DNA from: Klebsormidium nitens
Lineage: Eukaryota; Plantae; Klebsormidiophyceae
Direction: 5' to 3'
Assembly: GCA_000708835.1 (NCBI GenBank)
Contig: DF237235.1
Location: 47,934-111,933 of the forward strand
Length of the DNA stretch: 64,000 nucleotides
Positions 11,741-24,141 of this stretch are shown here, one piece after another (position 1 is the first letter of the stretch; each line of letters starts with the position of its first letter). Made by a program: the position numbers and the translations under genes. The notes under the pieces were generated by a model. That model did no database searches and was not told the DNA's origin. It saw only the letters and a list, made by a program, of their open reading frames with translations.

Positions 11741-14719
11741 CTTGGCTTCGCCCTTCCCTTCGCAACTGGGACACTCGTCCTTGTGCCTCAGCTTCCCTTC
11801 CCATCTAATCTGCCCCGTTCCCTGGCACAGGTCACACGCAATGCGCCCCGCGCCCTTGCAGTCCCGGCACACCTTAGCCGGCGCAGTTGTGGCCCCCTTC
11901 TGCAGCAAGTTTGCACCCTGGCTAACGGCCCCAACAACACCGGCCACCGTGAGTGTAGCTGCCATCATGCCAGCCCCACCTGCAGGGTCAGAAAGTTGGG
12001 TAAGGAGTGATGTTGAGCACCTCTGCACGCAGTATGGATCAAGCACTTATTGTGGCTGTTGTGCGCATGTCAGACCTTTGTACTAGCTGCAGTCTCAAAA
12101 CATATGGGTAATCACAATCACACAGGCTATCGGAAACACGCTGTTTATGAGGAAGGACTCTTCGGGGGGGAAGTCGGCTAATAGAGAAGAAGCCTGTCAA
12201 TCGAAGCATGTCAATTAAAAGGTGGCGTTAGAGTTTGGCAGCAGCATGCCCCTGGCAAAAGGCCCCCTGAAGGCAACAAGCACTTGTCAGGCTGTTGCCT
12301 TACTGCCGCAGTTTGTATTTTACTCTCCCCTCCCTTCATGAATCACCTAACCTGCATCATTGTGCAGAAACTTTCTTGCACCAATCATATCAATGTGAGG
12401 TCAGTACGACAAAGAAAAGCAAGCACAAGTGAGCGCACTCACCCTTCAGTCCTCCGGGATTGAGCACCGGGGCTGCAACGCCAACGACCGACTTGAACCC
12501 CCTTCCGGACACGGCTTGCATGGACTGGGAGAGAGACGCGGGGGCGAGCCTCCCTGAGGTTTTGCGGCTGTGCACAATTGCTGGAACTGGTCCTGCAATT
12601 CAACCTGACGCTTCAGTAAGAAGCCAAATAGTCAGAAAATGTGAGAACGGGCTGTTGAGAGGTTGGCAGCGAGCGAAGTGCCTTGGAGCAGAAGAAATAC
12701 AGCAAAGAAGACGGTAGGGAAGGGACCACTGAGATTCGACGACCCAGCTCGTGCAGGGCCCGCGACATGTTGAAAAAGGAATCTGAAACTTGACCGCAAA
12801 CAAGGTTCCAAGCCTGTATCAGAGCTGCGAAGCCTCCCAATCAACATGCAAACAAGTAGCCCGGTGACTAGACAAACCTTTCTGACCTTGTTTAATGAGT
12901 TGGAATTGTATCAAAATCTGCGCAAAAGAGTTGAGAGACTTCTACAGATATAGCCCTCTACAAATGTACTGAAACAAACATAGCAAGTAAACCAACGTCA
13001 TACAGACAGAATACTTGACGAATTTTCTGGAAAATATGTGGCAAGTATCCCAACGTCGTATCCAGCAGGGCGTAGTAAAGCACAATGAAGACATGACTCG
13101 AATCCTCATCTTGCATGCATGCCCAGAATGTACCCAGAAACATCCCCCGCTTCTTTCAAACCTAGTTGCAGCGATTGGGCCCGGGGCGGGATACTTTATC
13201 TGCCCTGCTGAGCATAGATGTGAAGCTAAAATGACTCATGAAATCCACGATGTCAAAAACAACCGCCTGTTACCCGACAATCTTGATTGTATACAGAGGG
13301 TCTGACCGGCCAGCTTGCTTACCCGCATTTGTGCACTTTTGCCCATCGTCATGAATCCCACCCCCACTCCCTGCAAGGTCTTCGTCCAACACCCTAAACC
13401 CTTCCGCTGTCTTCCCCTGCGTGTGCTCTCGCACGTCCGGAGAGCACGCTGCCGCGCTAGTCACTAATCTTTGACCATTTTCCGGACTGTCTGAACCGCG
13501 TACTACCCCAGAGTGGTCGGCCGCAGCCGAAGATGACTCGTCCGCATACACAACCCCAATCTCCTGATCAGTGACGAGCTCCTTAGAAATGCCGTCGGAG
13601 AGGCCCCAGTGGCCAGGGACGGTGAGGCCGTCAGAGTTCGCGGTTGAGGTGGCGGAACAGGAAGGACGGAGCCTGAGCACAAAGAAACAACAAGAACTAA
13701 GAATAGACATACGAGCTGGCAGTCTTACCGAAGGTCGGAACCCATTGGAACCGCACTTCGTGAGTACACAGATTGAGACATTCTACCTACTAACAAGATA
13801 CAGCAAACGCCCACATTCTGTACTAAAAGATGTGAGCAACCAACTCCCTCTAGCTCAAATGCTTCCCAAAGAAACTCCAGACATGATTGCAAGATCGATC
13901 CGAAAACTTTATGATGACCATCAAAATGTGGCCAGCCCACGGATGTATTAACGACTGACGCAGGAGTCAAAAGACCCAGCTTAAATCTGCTCCAATGCTG
14001 TTTGACAAAAACACCAAGCAACGGGCAGCTAGGATAACTGGCAAGAATACCTACAACAACCGATGTGATTCAAAGAAAAGAATACAAACATTGACATGAG
14101 CCCCCGGACCTCAGCGCTCTTGAACCAGCCCGTATTGAACAGATTCGCTTTCTCCACATCCTTTTGAACCTATCCGTTTTCAATCAACTCGCTTCTATTG
14201 GCAGTTTATTCAACGCAGAAGCTCTTCAAAAGCTGCTCTCAGGAGGGGGATAACCAGGTCATTTGTGCATCTGTAGGGCTTTCACACCAACAATGTCTTG
14301 AATTCTAACGGCATGATGTCCAAAAATAGGCCAAGTCCACAACTTTTGGGACCAGTCTCAGAAGATTCATGCAACCCTGATGGCATGGAAAGAGTTCTTG
14401 CGAGTAACTCTTTCCGTGCCATCTGCAAACCGAAACTTGGCAGTACAGCTTACCTGTCATTCCTATCCAGAGCGTTTCCAAACCCACAGACCAACTCTTC
14501 ACCCGCGTACCATGCACTATCTGCCCTTGCACCGGTTCTGAACTCTGGTCTTGCAACCCGTGGCCCTTTCTCGAAACCATGTTTCCGAACCAGATTAGTC
14601 CACTGGCCTTCTACACCTGTTGCAAACCTTCCTGAGGAAGACACAGACTCATACCCCCTTCGCACATTCAGAACAGGGCCACATCGAAGGGCCGCGCAGT
14701 CCAGCGCGAGAGCGGACAT
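11741..14719 (-). CDS. DnaJ-type (CxxCxGxG) zinc-finger protein, probably plastid-targeted, with one hydrophobic segment; terminal exon not resolved
   Basis: Phase-compatible exons 14719-14454, 13672-13323, 13204-13162, 12567-12443, 11979-11741 (341 aa). The N-terminus is transit-peptide-like and the last exon gives CRDCKGAG, CDLCQGTG, CPSCEGKG. Upstream exons rest only on splice signals and phase. Confidence 0.6.
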
Positions 14720-15649
14720 AGCTGAGCCACGGGATGGGCACTGATGAGCGGCTCAGAACGCTTAAACTCACACAAAACGCTTCGCGCAAAACAAAACTTG
14801 TCAGTCGAATTCGTTATCACTTCCTACTCTCCTTCCTGTGCTTTCACATCCAGATTCCAATCATACGAGAGGGCGCCCCTGAAACCAGGTGTTCTTGCTA
14901 GCTCAGAGTTCTTGATATCATTAAGCTGCTTTCTAGCTGCTGCACGAGGTCGATTGGTCACGGAACCCTGCGCAAGAGAGCGAAGGTTGAAACAGAAGAC
15001 GCGGAATCTCCTATCCACCCACTTGGATCGCCCTTTGATGGTCAACGGCGTGCCACGTCAGGTCGCCGCGATCTGCTGACATCATAAAGGTCGTCAAAGT
15101 TGCTTCTGCGGGATCGCGATTGGCTGGCGCTTTGCGGAACTGGATTTTTTTCCCGCGGAAGAAACATGCCTTTTCAAAAGTACCCAGGATTTATTCAACA
15201 TCAGCCGTACGATTGCATCTGCATTGTTAAACGGGCTTTGCATATTTCAGGTGATGTGAACCGCCAGATGCTGGAGAACTGCATGGACGGTTGGATCGTG
15301 GAGCTTCACCAAACCCTAATTTTCTCTTCGCAGCTAGCTGCCGTTCAGAATTTTGCGTTCAAGAAGGGCGCTTGGAAAGTGCAGCTGCCCCATGTTGGCG
15401 CACTGCACCGCTATTGCTCATGCTGCTGAGTTCCTTCAATTGACCAGCTACAACATAGGATACCTTCTCAGCTTGTGGGGCATTCTCCCTTTCAAATCTG
15501 CGCCTGACTTGCAGACCGGAAGAACTGATGAGTGCCACCAAATGCATCAGGCGAACAGGTTGAGCTCAAAAGCAAACGCCACTCCGATCTTATTCACCAT
15601 CCCTTTGAATTGAAGAAGCAAGTTGCCAGTCAAGGACTGGAAACTAGCA

Positions 15650-18600
15650 ATGGGTGAATTCTGGACGCTCACGCAGCAGCTGCTGCAGGGCGATGAGCCA
15701 CTCATCAAGCGCCCGAAGCTCACCGACGCGCTGTTGAACAAGCCACCCTTCCGTTTCTTGCATGACATCATCTCTGAGGTAGGAATCAAAGTCAAGTTCC
15801 TATGCTGGGACCAGAAGGCTCACAAGGTGGTGCAATTGCTGCTTAGAGAGGCTCCATTAAGGAGAGTGGAAGCTGCATTTGCAGATTATGACCAGGCTGA
15901 TACAGTACTAAGCCCTATCTAGTCTAGTAGTTGCTTTCATCGATGCATTTCTCCATTTCAGGTGACCCGAACCACAGGCTTTGCTGATGGTCTTTTCACA
16001 GAGGAGGAGCTAGTGTCCACAAACATCAAGGTAAGTTGGCCATTCAGCAAGCTGAATTTGTGCAACCTCAGTATTCACATTACCACCTATCCTCATGTCA
16101 TATGCAAGTATGCTTTTAAGCGGTGAGTTTGATTCGAGCTTTGTCCTCACGGTAGTTGTCTTCAGCCAATCAAGTGTGGGGCTGGCTCATTCGAAGCTCA
16201 AGCTTCAAAAGAACCAACAATAATATTCTGCAAACCTGGCTTAGTGTAATATGGCTGTTCCCAAAGTGGTGCTCAAAACTCTTCCTGCCCCCATGACTTT
16301 ACCTGCTCCTGTCTTGCAGGACAAGGATGGGAAGGTGGCATATCTGACCAAGATCATAAATTGCGTTGGCCTTGCACTGGATCAGAATGTCCCGGCGAGA
16401 CCACTTAAGGTGCGCCACATTTGCATGAGCCCATACCTCAGAAGAAGGCGTATCCGACCAAATGAGCTGATATGAGAATGGACTGCACATTGTCCCTGTG
16501 CTCTATTCGTAGCATAGACTCGAAGGGCGTTTTCTATGGCATCGAGGCCCTGTGAATATGCGACCGGTGGATACACTTAAACAAGCTGAAAAGCTTCTGA
16601 TAGTGTTTGTTGGTACTCGCAGATTGTCGCTGGACTTGAACCTGAGAATACAAACAGGTTCCTGCAGGTGAGTCCGTTTTTGACAGCTAGAAATCTGAGG
16701 GGCACATGAAGGCTAGAGTCTGGCCACTCCTTCATGGAAAACCTTACTCTTGCCAAGTTTACACAAGCCAAATTGTAGTTGCCGCTCCGCTCACCCTCCA
16801 GCTTTCTTTCGCTGATTCCCTCCTGGGACGTATTGTCTTCAAACACCATGTGTGCCGCCACCCAGAAGCTCCGACAGGCTGCTTGTTGTCCTTGCAACGG
16901 AGCCCTGTACTTCGTTCTCCAAGTACTTCCACAGATTTACGGTTTAGTAGTTGCAATTTTAACAATGGCATCGTCAAAAGACAAAGACCTTGAATGTTCA
17001 ATATTTCCCAATCCTTCTCTGATACTCCCATTCTGTTTCTGTACAGATGCTGGCTGAGGCTGCCACGAGTGGCAGCCCATCATCGCAGCTGGCTGTGCAA
17101 AAAGTTTTGGCAGGGGAGCAGATGACAGCAAAGGGTGGGGCAGACAGGTACGTGCCCCAACACTCAGCCCTTCCAGATCCTTGCCGTTTTTGACTGAGTA
17201 GCCTGAAAGTGCCCTAATAAAATTCCATCCGACTTAGTGTCTTGCGGCCTACTTCCTTGAACCGAAGCCCTGCTGTATGCTGTGTTAAGACGTTCTTTGA
17301 AAATCACCCGCCAGAAGTGACTGTTCTTGGCCTGCAAAGATGTGCTACAGCTCTTTGGCTGATGTTTGAACACTCATGCTCGCTTTCTGAAGTCACCTTT
17401 GGCAGCGTACTACCGTGACCAATCTTGCCAGCAAATTTCGGTCATCTTCGAAGCTCACGATTCGAGTCCGTTTCCCATACAAAGTGCCCTTCGCTTTCCC
17501 TGAACGAAGACATGCCTACAGCGACCGTAACTTCAGCTTTTCCCTTCTCGCGAACGGGATTCACCAAACACACTCAGACGTAGGGTTGAGTTGCCGGCAC
17601 GAACAATAACCAGGGTCCCTCCCTGTCATCTCCGCAGGTCCCAACGAACGTCAGAATCCTTTCCCCCGGCTCCCCAACCAGAGGGATCCCCAGCCCTAGC
17701 CCCTCCCCCTCCGGCAACCGAACCCGTTTCTCGAGGCCCCGCACGACCAGCGTCCAGCCAAAGCGAAGCTCGGCGAGCAAGCACGCCCGCGTTGGATCCT
17801 TCACGGGGGCACCCGGCGCAGGAAAGTGGGGAGAGACCGGCAAGCGGAGTCGGTGAAAAAGCCGCGCCTAGTTCGGAACCGGCTGGGGCGGCAAGAGCGG
17901 AGCCTGTGAGGAGGACGTCAACTGCCGAGGCGCCAAAAGGTTGGTAAACGCCTGAGTTGCGGGATCCACTGTTTGTATTTCCGTGGGGCCTGTACCAGTG
18001 GACCAGATCTCCTCATATGAAGAGACATTTTGTCGTACGCTTGGCCACTGCGTGTGCGGGCGGTCGCTTGCTCTGCAGTTGAATGTCAGCCGACGACTCT
18101 GCTTCGCGATAGCCCTCGTGCGAAAGCAAACCCGTGCTTTTCGTACCTCAACGTTGTCCGGATATCGATTACTGGGGCAAGGTGTAGTGATTGATCGTCA
18201 ACCTTAGCGAGAGCCCATTGAAGGGTTCGTATCTGCTTTGACCCCAATATGTGAGTGTGCAAAAAGTGCTGAAATACTTTATCGATGCACTTGTGAAGTA
18301 CAACAGAGATCCTTGGTGGGTCTGCAGCGGAGGGGCGTGCAGCGGAAGGGCGGACCGGAAGTGCGGCGCAGCAGCAACGGCAGCAGCAGCCGCCTGCGGC
18401 CGTCACCACGTCCCAGCTGGCAGATGACGACGACGGGCCGAGACAGAGGGAACCCGAGTCAGGTGAGGAAAACGGCTGTTCTAAAACGGGCGTAGGCCGT
18501 CATAACGATGGCATCATCAAAATGTGACGGCGACAGAAAGCAAACACCAGTAACCCTCCGAAAAAATCAATGTGGGGTTTGTTGCCGTCCGTTCGGAAAG

Positions 18601-21600
18601 AAATCGACTACGCCCACTTTAAGCTCTGCCGCTCAACTAGACGGGAATTATGTCGTGAAAGCAGAGTAGATATGTGGCGATGGTTGCCCTTAGGATGACA
18701 GGTCAACCGCAACCGGCATGACGGGCATCGTTCCACTCTCGATAGGTACTGACGCGTTCAAGAGCTTCTAGGCGTATAAAAGAATCTGTCCGTTTCGGAC
18801 CATTGTGAGGCAGCTATTTAGGGCGGTCGGTCGATTCATCATAGGCAAGAATCAGGCCTAGTTGAGGTTGGATCGACGGGAGGATTTGGACTCTGTTGGA
18901 ATTGGCTTTTCGAGCTTTTGCGATCCCGGTCGATTGGTCAACTATCCCAGCGACTTGGTAGCTGGTCTGGGGAGAAAGTTGCAGCGCGAATCGTTCAAGG
19001 CGTGGGTACCGGTGTCCGGAACGTTCCTTCCAGTTGTACAGTAGGCTTTGTCGTCTTCACGACGACAGAGCGATGGCAGTGACAGCCGCTTGCGAGGGGG
19101 CCTTTCAGAGAAGAGATGCTTGAGGGCTTGAATGAAACTGGCCCGTGTGCTTGGTCACATAAAATCTTCACCATCAACACTTCAACCTCGTCAGCTTTGA
19201 ATGTCAAGCCGTCGCCCACCGATGCCCTTACCGTTCACTCCTGCACCGCACAATGGCCGTGGATAACAACCTATGGCCACTCTGCATATAGCGGAATGAT
19301 TCCTTCACACCCTATCCTTTTCCCTTGTCAGGTTCGAAGGTTAGAGCCGTCCCCTGCTTGCTTTTCACCCGCCACAGCCCCACAATCGACCACTCCTGTG
19401 ACAGAGCGTTCGGCCATTTAAGAAGCGGTTTTACTCTCGTTCATACCGCAAATAGTTCCCTCACAATGAACTCTTCCTCCCTTCAGGTTCAAAGGTCGAG
19501 CCGTCTCCCCACGTTGCCCCCCAACCGGCCACGCCTGCGCCCGCACAACGACCGTTCTAAGGAGCCCAAGCGCCCCTCTGCATACACTTAAAAGAACTCT
19601 CACAGTCTATTCTTCATCCTCGTCAGGTTCGAAGGTCGAGCCGTCTCCCCCGGTTGCCCCCCAACCGGCCACTCCTGCACCCGCCCAGCGGCCCGGGACG
19701 GCTTCCCGAGGACCGATGAGGCCCCAGTCAGCGCGACGCGGCCCTCCGAAGCTGCCAACGAACGTGGTGACGCCGGATAAGAAGCCGGAAACAAGGCCCG
19801 GGCCAGCGCCAGGGAGTGTGCCGCCGGGAAGCGGTCCCCTGGAGCGAACGGGTGAGTCGCGGTGGTTTGAGGACTTGACTGCTTGGAATTTCAGAAAGTC
19901 GATTCCGGGCTGGGTTCTCGTTTCTTTGCGATCGTCTTATGTGTTACCTGTTCAAAGTCAGGAGGGACTGCAAAGCTGGATTCCCGACCCCTCATCGACT
20001 ACTTATGAAAGGAGCTTCAGTTTCTTGTGACGTGAGGAAATGCTCCCAACTCGAGCATGGAACGATCGCTGCCGCGTGCTCAGTAGTCCCTCGGCTTTCT
20101 CTTAGTAACGGTGCTCTCTCTTCAAGTCAACCCGTGCTATTCGGTGTCCGCACATGGCGTTGAAGTGATACCCTTCTTGCTCTACCCGTTGCGCTAAAGA
20201 ATGGTCGGAGAACATTTCTCATGAAACGGACGGTTAATCAGCGAGTTAGGAAAGACTACTTGGCGCTGCGGGTGTATTAGCTCTGACAAGCAGCCCAACA
20301 TGCAATATCCTCCAATACACTGACTCAAGCAGTCCCCGTTCGGTCTCTTGAGCAGCAAAAAACGCCAATTGTCATGGTTAATGTCTTGATGAATCTTTCA
20401 TGTGACGTCAACTTGTGCAGGCTCTGCCAGGAAGAGCGGACGTGAGGCGACTCCGCCGGCAGCGGTTCCGCCGGCCGCGATCATTCCGGCGGTACCTGAA
20501 GACGACGACGATGACGAAGGTGAGTCGTTTAATCTGCGACTGACTTACGAATCGGACTTGCTTTTCTCCCTTGTGGAGTTGACGTTCGACCGAAGTGATC
20601 AGGCGGCAAGTACGAAGGACCGTACTCGGCTTGGGCATAAGCTGCAAAGACTCTGCTAATAAATCTGCTTATGTCAGTTCCGCTGTCGACCGGGAACAGC
20701 GTTTCGCTGCGGTGTAGTCTCTTGTGACGTCACTGCGGATGCGTGTACGGCCGACTCAGAACGCTGAACGCTTCTGTGAAAGATTGGGTTTAGGAAGAAA
20801 GAATCCGTATCCGATTTGGCAAAGGCTTTGCTGAAATGATTGTGGTCCAGAGGATCTGTTGGAGCAGCTGAGTAAGTTTGTTTCAGTTTGCTGGTTGTTC
20901 AATACCCACGTTTACGCGTTCTTATGCAACCTTGATCACCACATGCTCGACCAGGGTTCTTCAATGCATTCTTCGCGTTTGGCCCCGTACCTGTTCTGCC
21001 TTCTTTTTTGAGCCTTTCCGTTCTCGAATACTTCTCCACTGGGATTTTGCGCTCTTGCTCTTTCCGCTCTAGTCTTCCCGCCCTCATCGTCCGTCAATGA
21101 TTCTCCTCGACGTTATATTTTACTGAGATTGTCGTTTTTAGTCCTTCACTCTCTGATCCTTCCGCTCCGACACTAAACTCTCCGAATTTTTCCACTATAA
21201 CCCTTTCCGCTCCCAATCCTTCCGCCTTAACGCTGTCCGCTCTGACGCTTTCCGCTGAGACTTTTTCCCGACTCGACTCCTTCCGCTCTGACCCTTCCGC
21301 CTCCAATGTCTCCCACTCTGACGCTTTCGCTGTGACTCTTTCCGCTGCGTGTCCTTCCGCTCTGACCCTTCCCTCTCCGATTCCTTCCGCTCTGACCCTT
21401 TCCGCTCCGACTTGGCAGGCATCACGATCGTGGACAGCCACCCCGTGGCGGATGACGTCAGCCTGCCTGAGGGCGCCGGCAAGCTGGTGCGTGACATTCT
21501 GGAGACGCGGAAAGACCTGGAGAAATCCGAGGACGGGGCGGCGCTGGGGCGGACGCTGTCGATGAACGGCAAAACGGACAGCGTCAAAAAGGAGGAGGTA

Positions 21601-22965
21601 AGCTTAGATGTCGGAGAGTTGTGGAAGATCTGCTGTAATGAGATTTTTGGAAGATTTGCGCCCATCAGAGTTTGGAACAACGCTTCTCTCAGTGGCAAGG
21701 GAAATGGCAAGACGGACATTGTCAAGAAGGAGAGGGTGGGCAGTTAATACCGTATTATGGATCTGATGCCTGTCGAGGGAGTTGCTACTTATCGATTTTG
21801 CGCTGTGCCAAGATAATTGACAAATCGAGCTTTCATTCTTAATATTGCCTGGTTGAGGGGCCTGCTCTTGTCGTTTTGCGCTGTGCCAGGGTACTTTTTC
21901 GATGAAGCTTGTATCTTTTGTTTGAACAATTTCCACCTCTTGTCTCGCGCAGTTGGCCCGGCTGCGCGGCGTGGTGCAGTCGCTGTGCCAGAGCGCGACG
22001 CCGCTGGGCAAGAGCATGGAGTACCTGCAGGAGGACCTGGAGAACATGGGCAAGGAGTTCCACCACTGGAACAAGGAGAAGAAACAGCACGCCGCCAAGC
22101 TCGATGAGGAGCGCCGGTGAGTCACCGTTCCGTTCGATGGGCCACGTGTTGCGAGACCCTCGAAATCCAGAAACGTTTTGCATCCGGATGCAACCAGAAG
22201 GCAGTGTGTTGTCTTTCAGAAAATCTGGAATGAAGAGTTTAGAAGCTCTCAGGGTCTCAGCTCAATGTTATCCGAAGCCGCTTCGCGTACTTTGCCAGGG
22301 TCCCGAGTCAGGAACAGAGTGGAGAGTGTAACGTTCTCATGATTGTTTCTTATGCTGCAAAGGGCAGTAAGTGAAATTTGCCAAGGTCTGAACCTGATGG
22401 AAGGACTTCAGAAAAGGTCTTCCGGATGGGTTCATGTGACATCGTACATTCCTGTCTTGGAAGAAAATTCAGGTGGAGTACGGCCAAACGTTACGTTGCA
22501 CATGTGCACGGCGTACGTGTGAGATCGCTTTTATACTTGCGGTACTGCTTCCGAGGGGCGAAGCGATGAACGCCTTGGAGTACGCTCAGGCTCGCAACAT
22601 AGTCTGCCAATGGCTGTGGCAATTTGTGTTCCCCTTGAACGGAGCATCACTTGCCGTCCCTCGCACGTCCAGGATCAGGTGATATTGGTCTCGTCACGGG
22701 GCTCTGCTTCGGGACGCGTTCCCTAAGAAGCAAACCCGGCAGTTGCCAATCACGTGCTTGGTCTCCTGACTAGCCTTTTCGCTGACGCAGGCTGACGCAA
22801 GAGGCGCTGCAAGCCCCGCTCAGCCAGCTGGCTGACTTGGAGGACGAGATCAAACAGAAGCGCGAGGCGTTGGATACGCTCAAGGCTCAGGTTTGGCGGA
22901 ACGACGAGACCATTCAGGGCCTGCTGAAATTGGTCATGGCGGGCCCGAGCGGTGGCGCCCGGTAG
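15650..22965 (+). CDS. IFT54: Intraflagellar transport protein IFT54 (TRAF3IP1/MIP-T3)
   Basis: 12 exons: 15650-15778, 15962-16030, 16320-16409, 16623-16667, 17047-17147, 17638-17939, 18328-18462, 19627-19851, 20421-20519, 21419-21597, 21953-22116, 22791-22965 (570 aa). N-terminal domain LIKRPKLTDALLNKPPFRFLHDIISEV, IVAGLEPENTNRFLQ; RPQSARRGPP; GKLVRDILETRKD; C-terminal coiled coil VQSLCQSATPLGKSMEYLQEDLENM. Confidence 0.95.
19170..19700 (+). repeat. Four tandem copies of acceptor site plus the start of IFT54 exon 8 (three decayed, one functional)
   Basis: AG ends at 19194, 19331, 19486 and 19626. Each is followed by variants of GTTCGAAGGTCGAGCCGTCTCCCC...CCACTCCTGCACC. Spacing 137, 155, 140 bp. 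The first copy is the most diverged. Confidence 0.88.
21140..21410 (+). repeat. Degenerate pyrimidine-rich minisatellite (TCCGCTCTGACCCT-like unit) directly before IFT54 exon 10
   Basis: TTCCGCT and CTCTGAC(C/G)C recur many times from 21150 to 21410. The antisense ORF 21094-21441 (repeated AERV/RAEG) is a shadow of this repeat. Confidence 0.85.
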
Positions 22966-24141
22966 CAGTTCCTGTTCGAAAATTGATGGGACTTTACGGT
23001 TAAAACCCTGGCTCATGCAGACGTCGTCGCCATGACCTGCTGCGACGCGCTCATGGGTTGCCGGCAATATCAAGAAACCTGCATATCTTCTCAGTCAGTG
23101 GGCACCGTTACGATGAGATGTGGATCGATTGGCCGTTGAACGGAACTCGGCAGCTCGTGCAGCCGCGGCTCTTCACGTTGGGAGTGCCAACAGCCTGCTA
23201 GGCAGAAAACGATATTGCTGGCGTCCACCGTCTGTTGATGCTTAATATATAGCTGGCTAAGCCAAGAACAATTGAAACGAAATGTCGTGTTTACGCGTGA
23301 CGCGCGGGCCAAGTGAGTACTTGCAATACATAGTTGAACGCTTCCAATCGTCGCTGCTGTAGAGTCTTGTGTTTCTGAGTGTATACTAGCCGTGCAAGCT
23401 GGCATGCACTAGGTTAGCTGCCGGACCGGAGCTTTAGCGGTGTCATGGGTGCGCGGTGGCAGCCATATAGCTAGCTCTGCGCACTGGCATAAGCGTACAG
23501 GAGCATTGCCGCGTGCCACTATATCGTATACTTTTAACATCAGATCTCCGATGAACGATCAATCGCGCAATTCAGCATATGAAGGTACTCGTATTTGCTC
23601 GCCACCACCTTGATTCTAATACATCTGGCACATGTATAAGTAGCTAGAGGGCCAAGATCTTCGAGCAGGGCGGCCCATGCCCAAGCCATGCATGGCCCGC
23701 AACTGCCTGGCATGTAGGCGCGGGCGGCCAGTGGCGCACATATATGAATCGGTTGCACCTTATAAGCCCAATAACTAGCTCAATTTTCTTGACAAAGTAC
23801 TAAATAATGCGAGCTTGAGAGTCCGAAAGCTGCCTGCACATTTGTTAGGAGGAACACTTGCACCATGTGATGCACACGACGCTATGATTTGTCTGCACTG
23901 CAATCACCCGCCCGTGGGCTTGACACTACCGCAACTACCCGCCTGTGGGCAAGCCTGAACCACCTGGGCTGCGCGCACCCGGCATCCGATGCTGATCAGT
24001 AGACACACCGTCTACGATTGAGAAGCCCGGCCAATATTGAATCGAGGCCGGCGGAGATGACTCATCTAGCTCATCGACATACGACAAACAATGCTGAAGA
24101 CCTGAAAGCACGGACATGTACAAGGTAAAGAAACGCCGTTA

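Noticed and set aside
21094-21725. Minus-strand repetitive ORFs (AERVRAEG..., SERKGSER...)
   Set aside because: They are translations of the intronic minisatellite.
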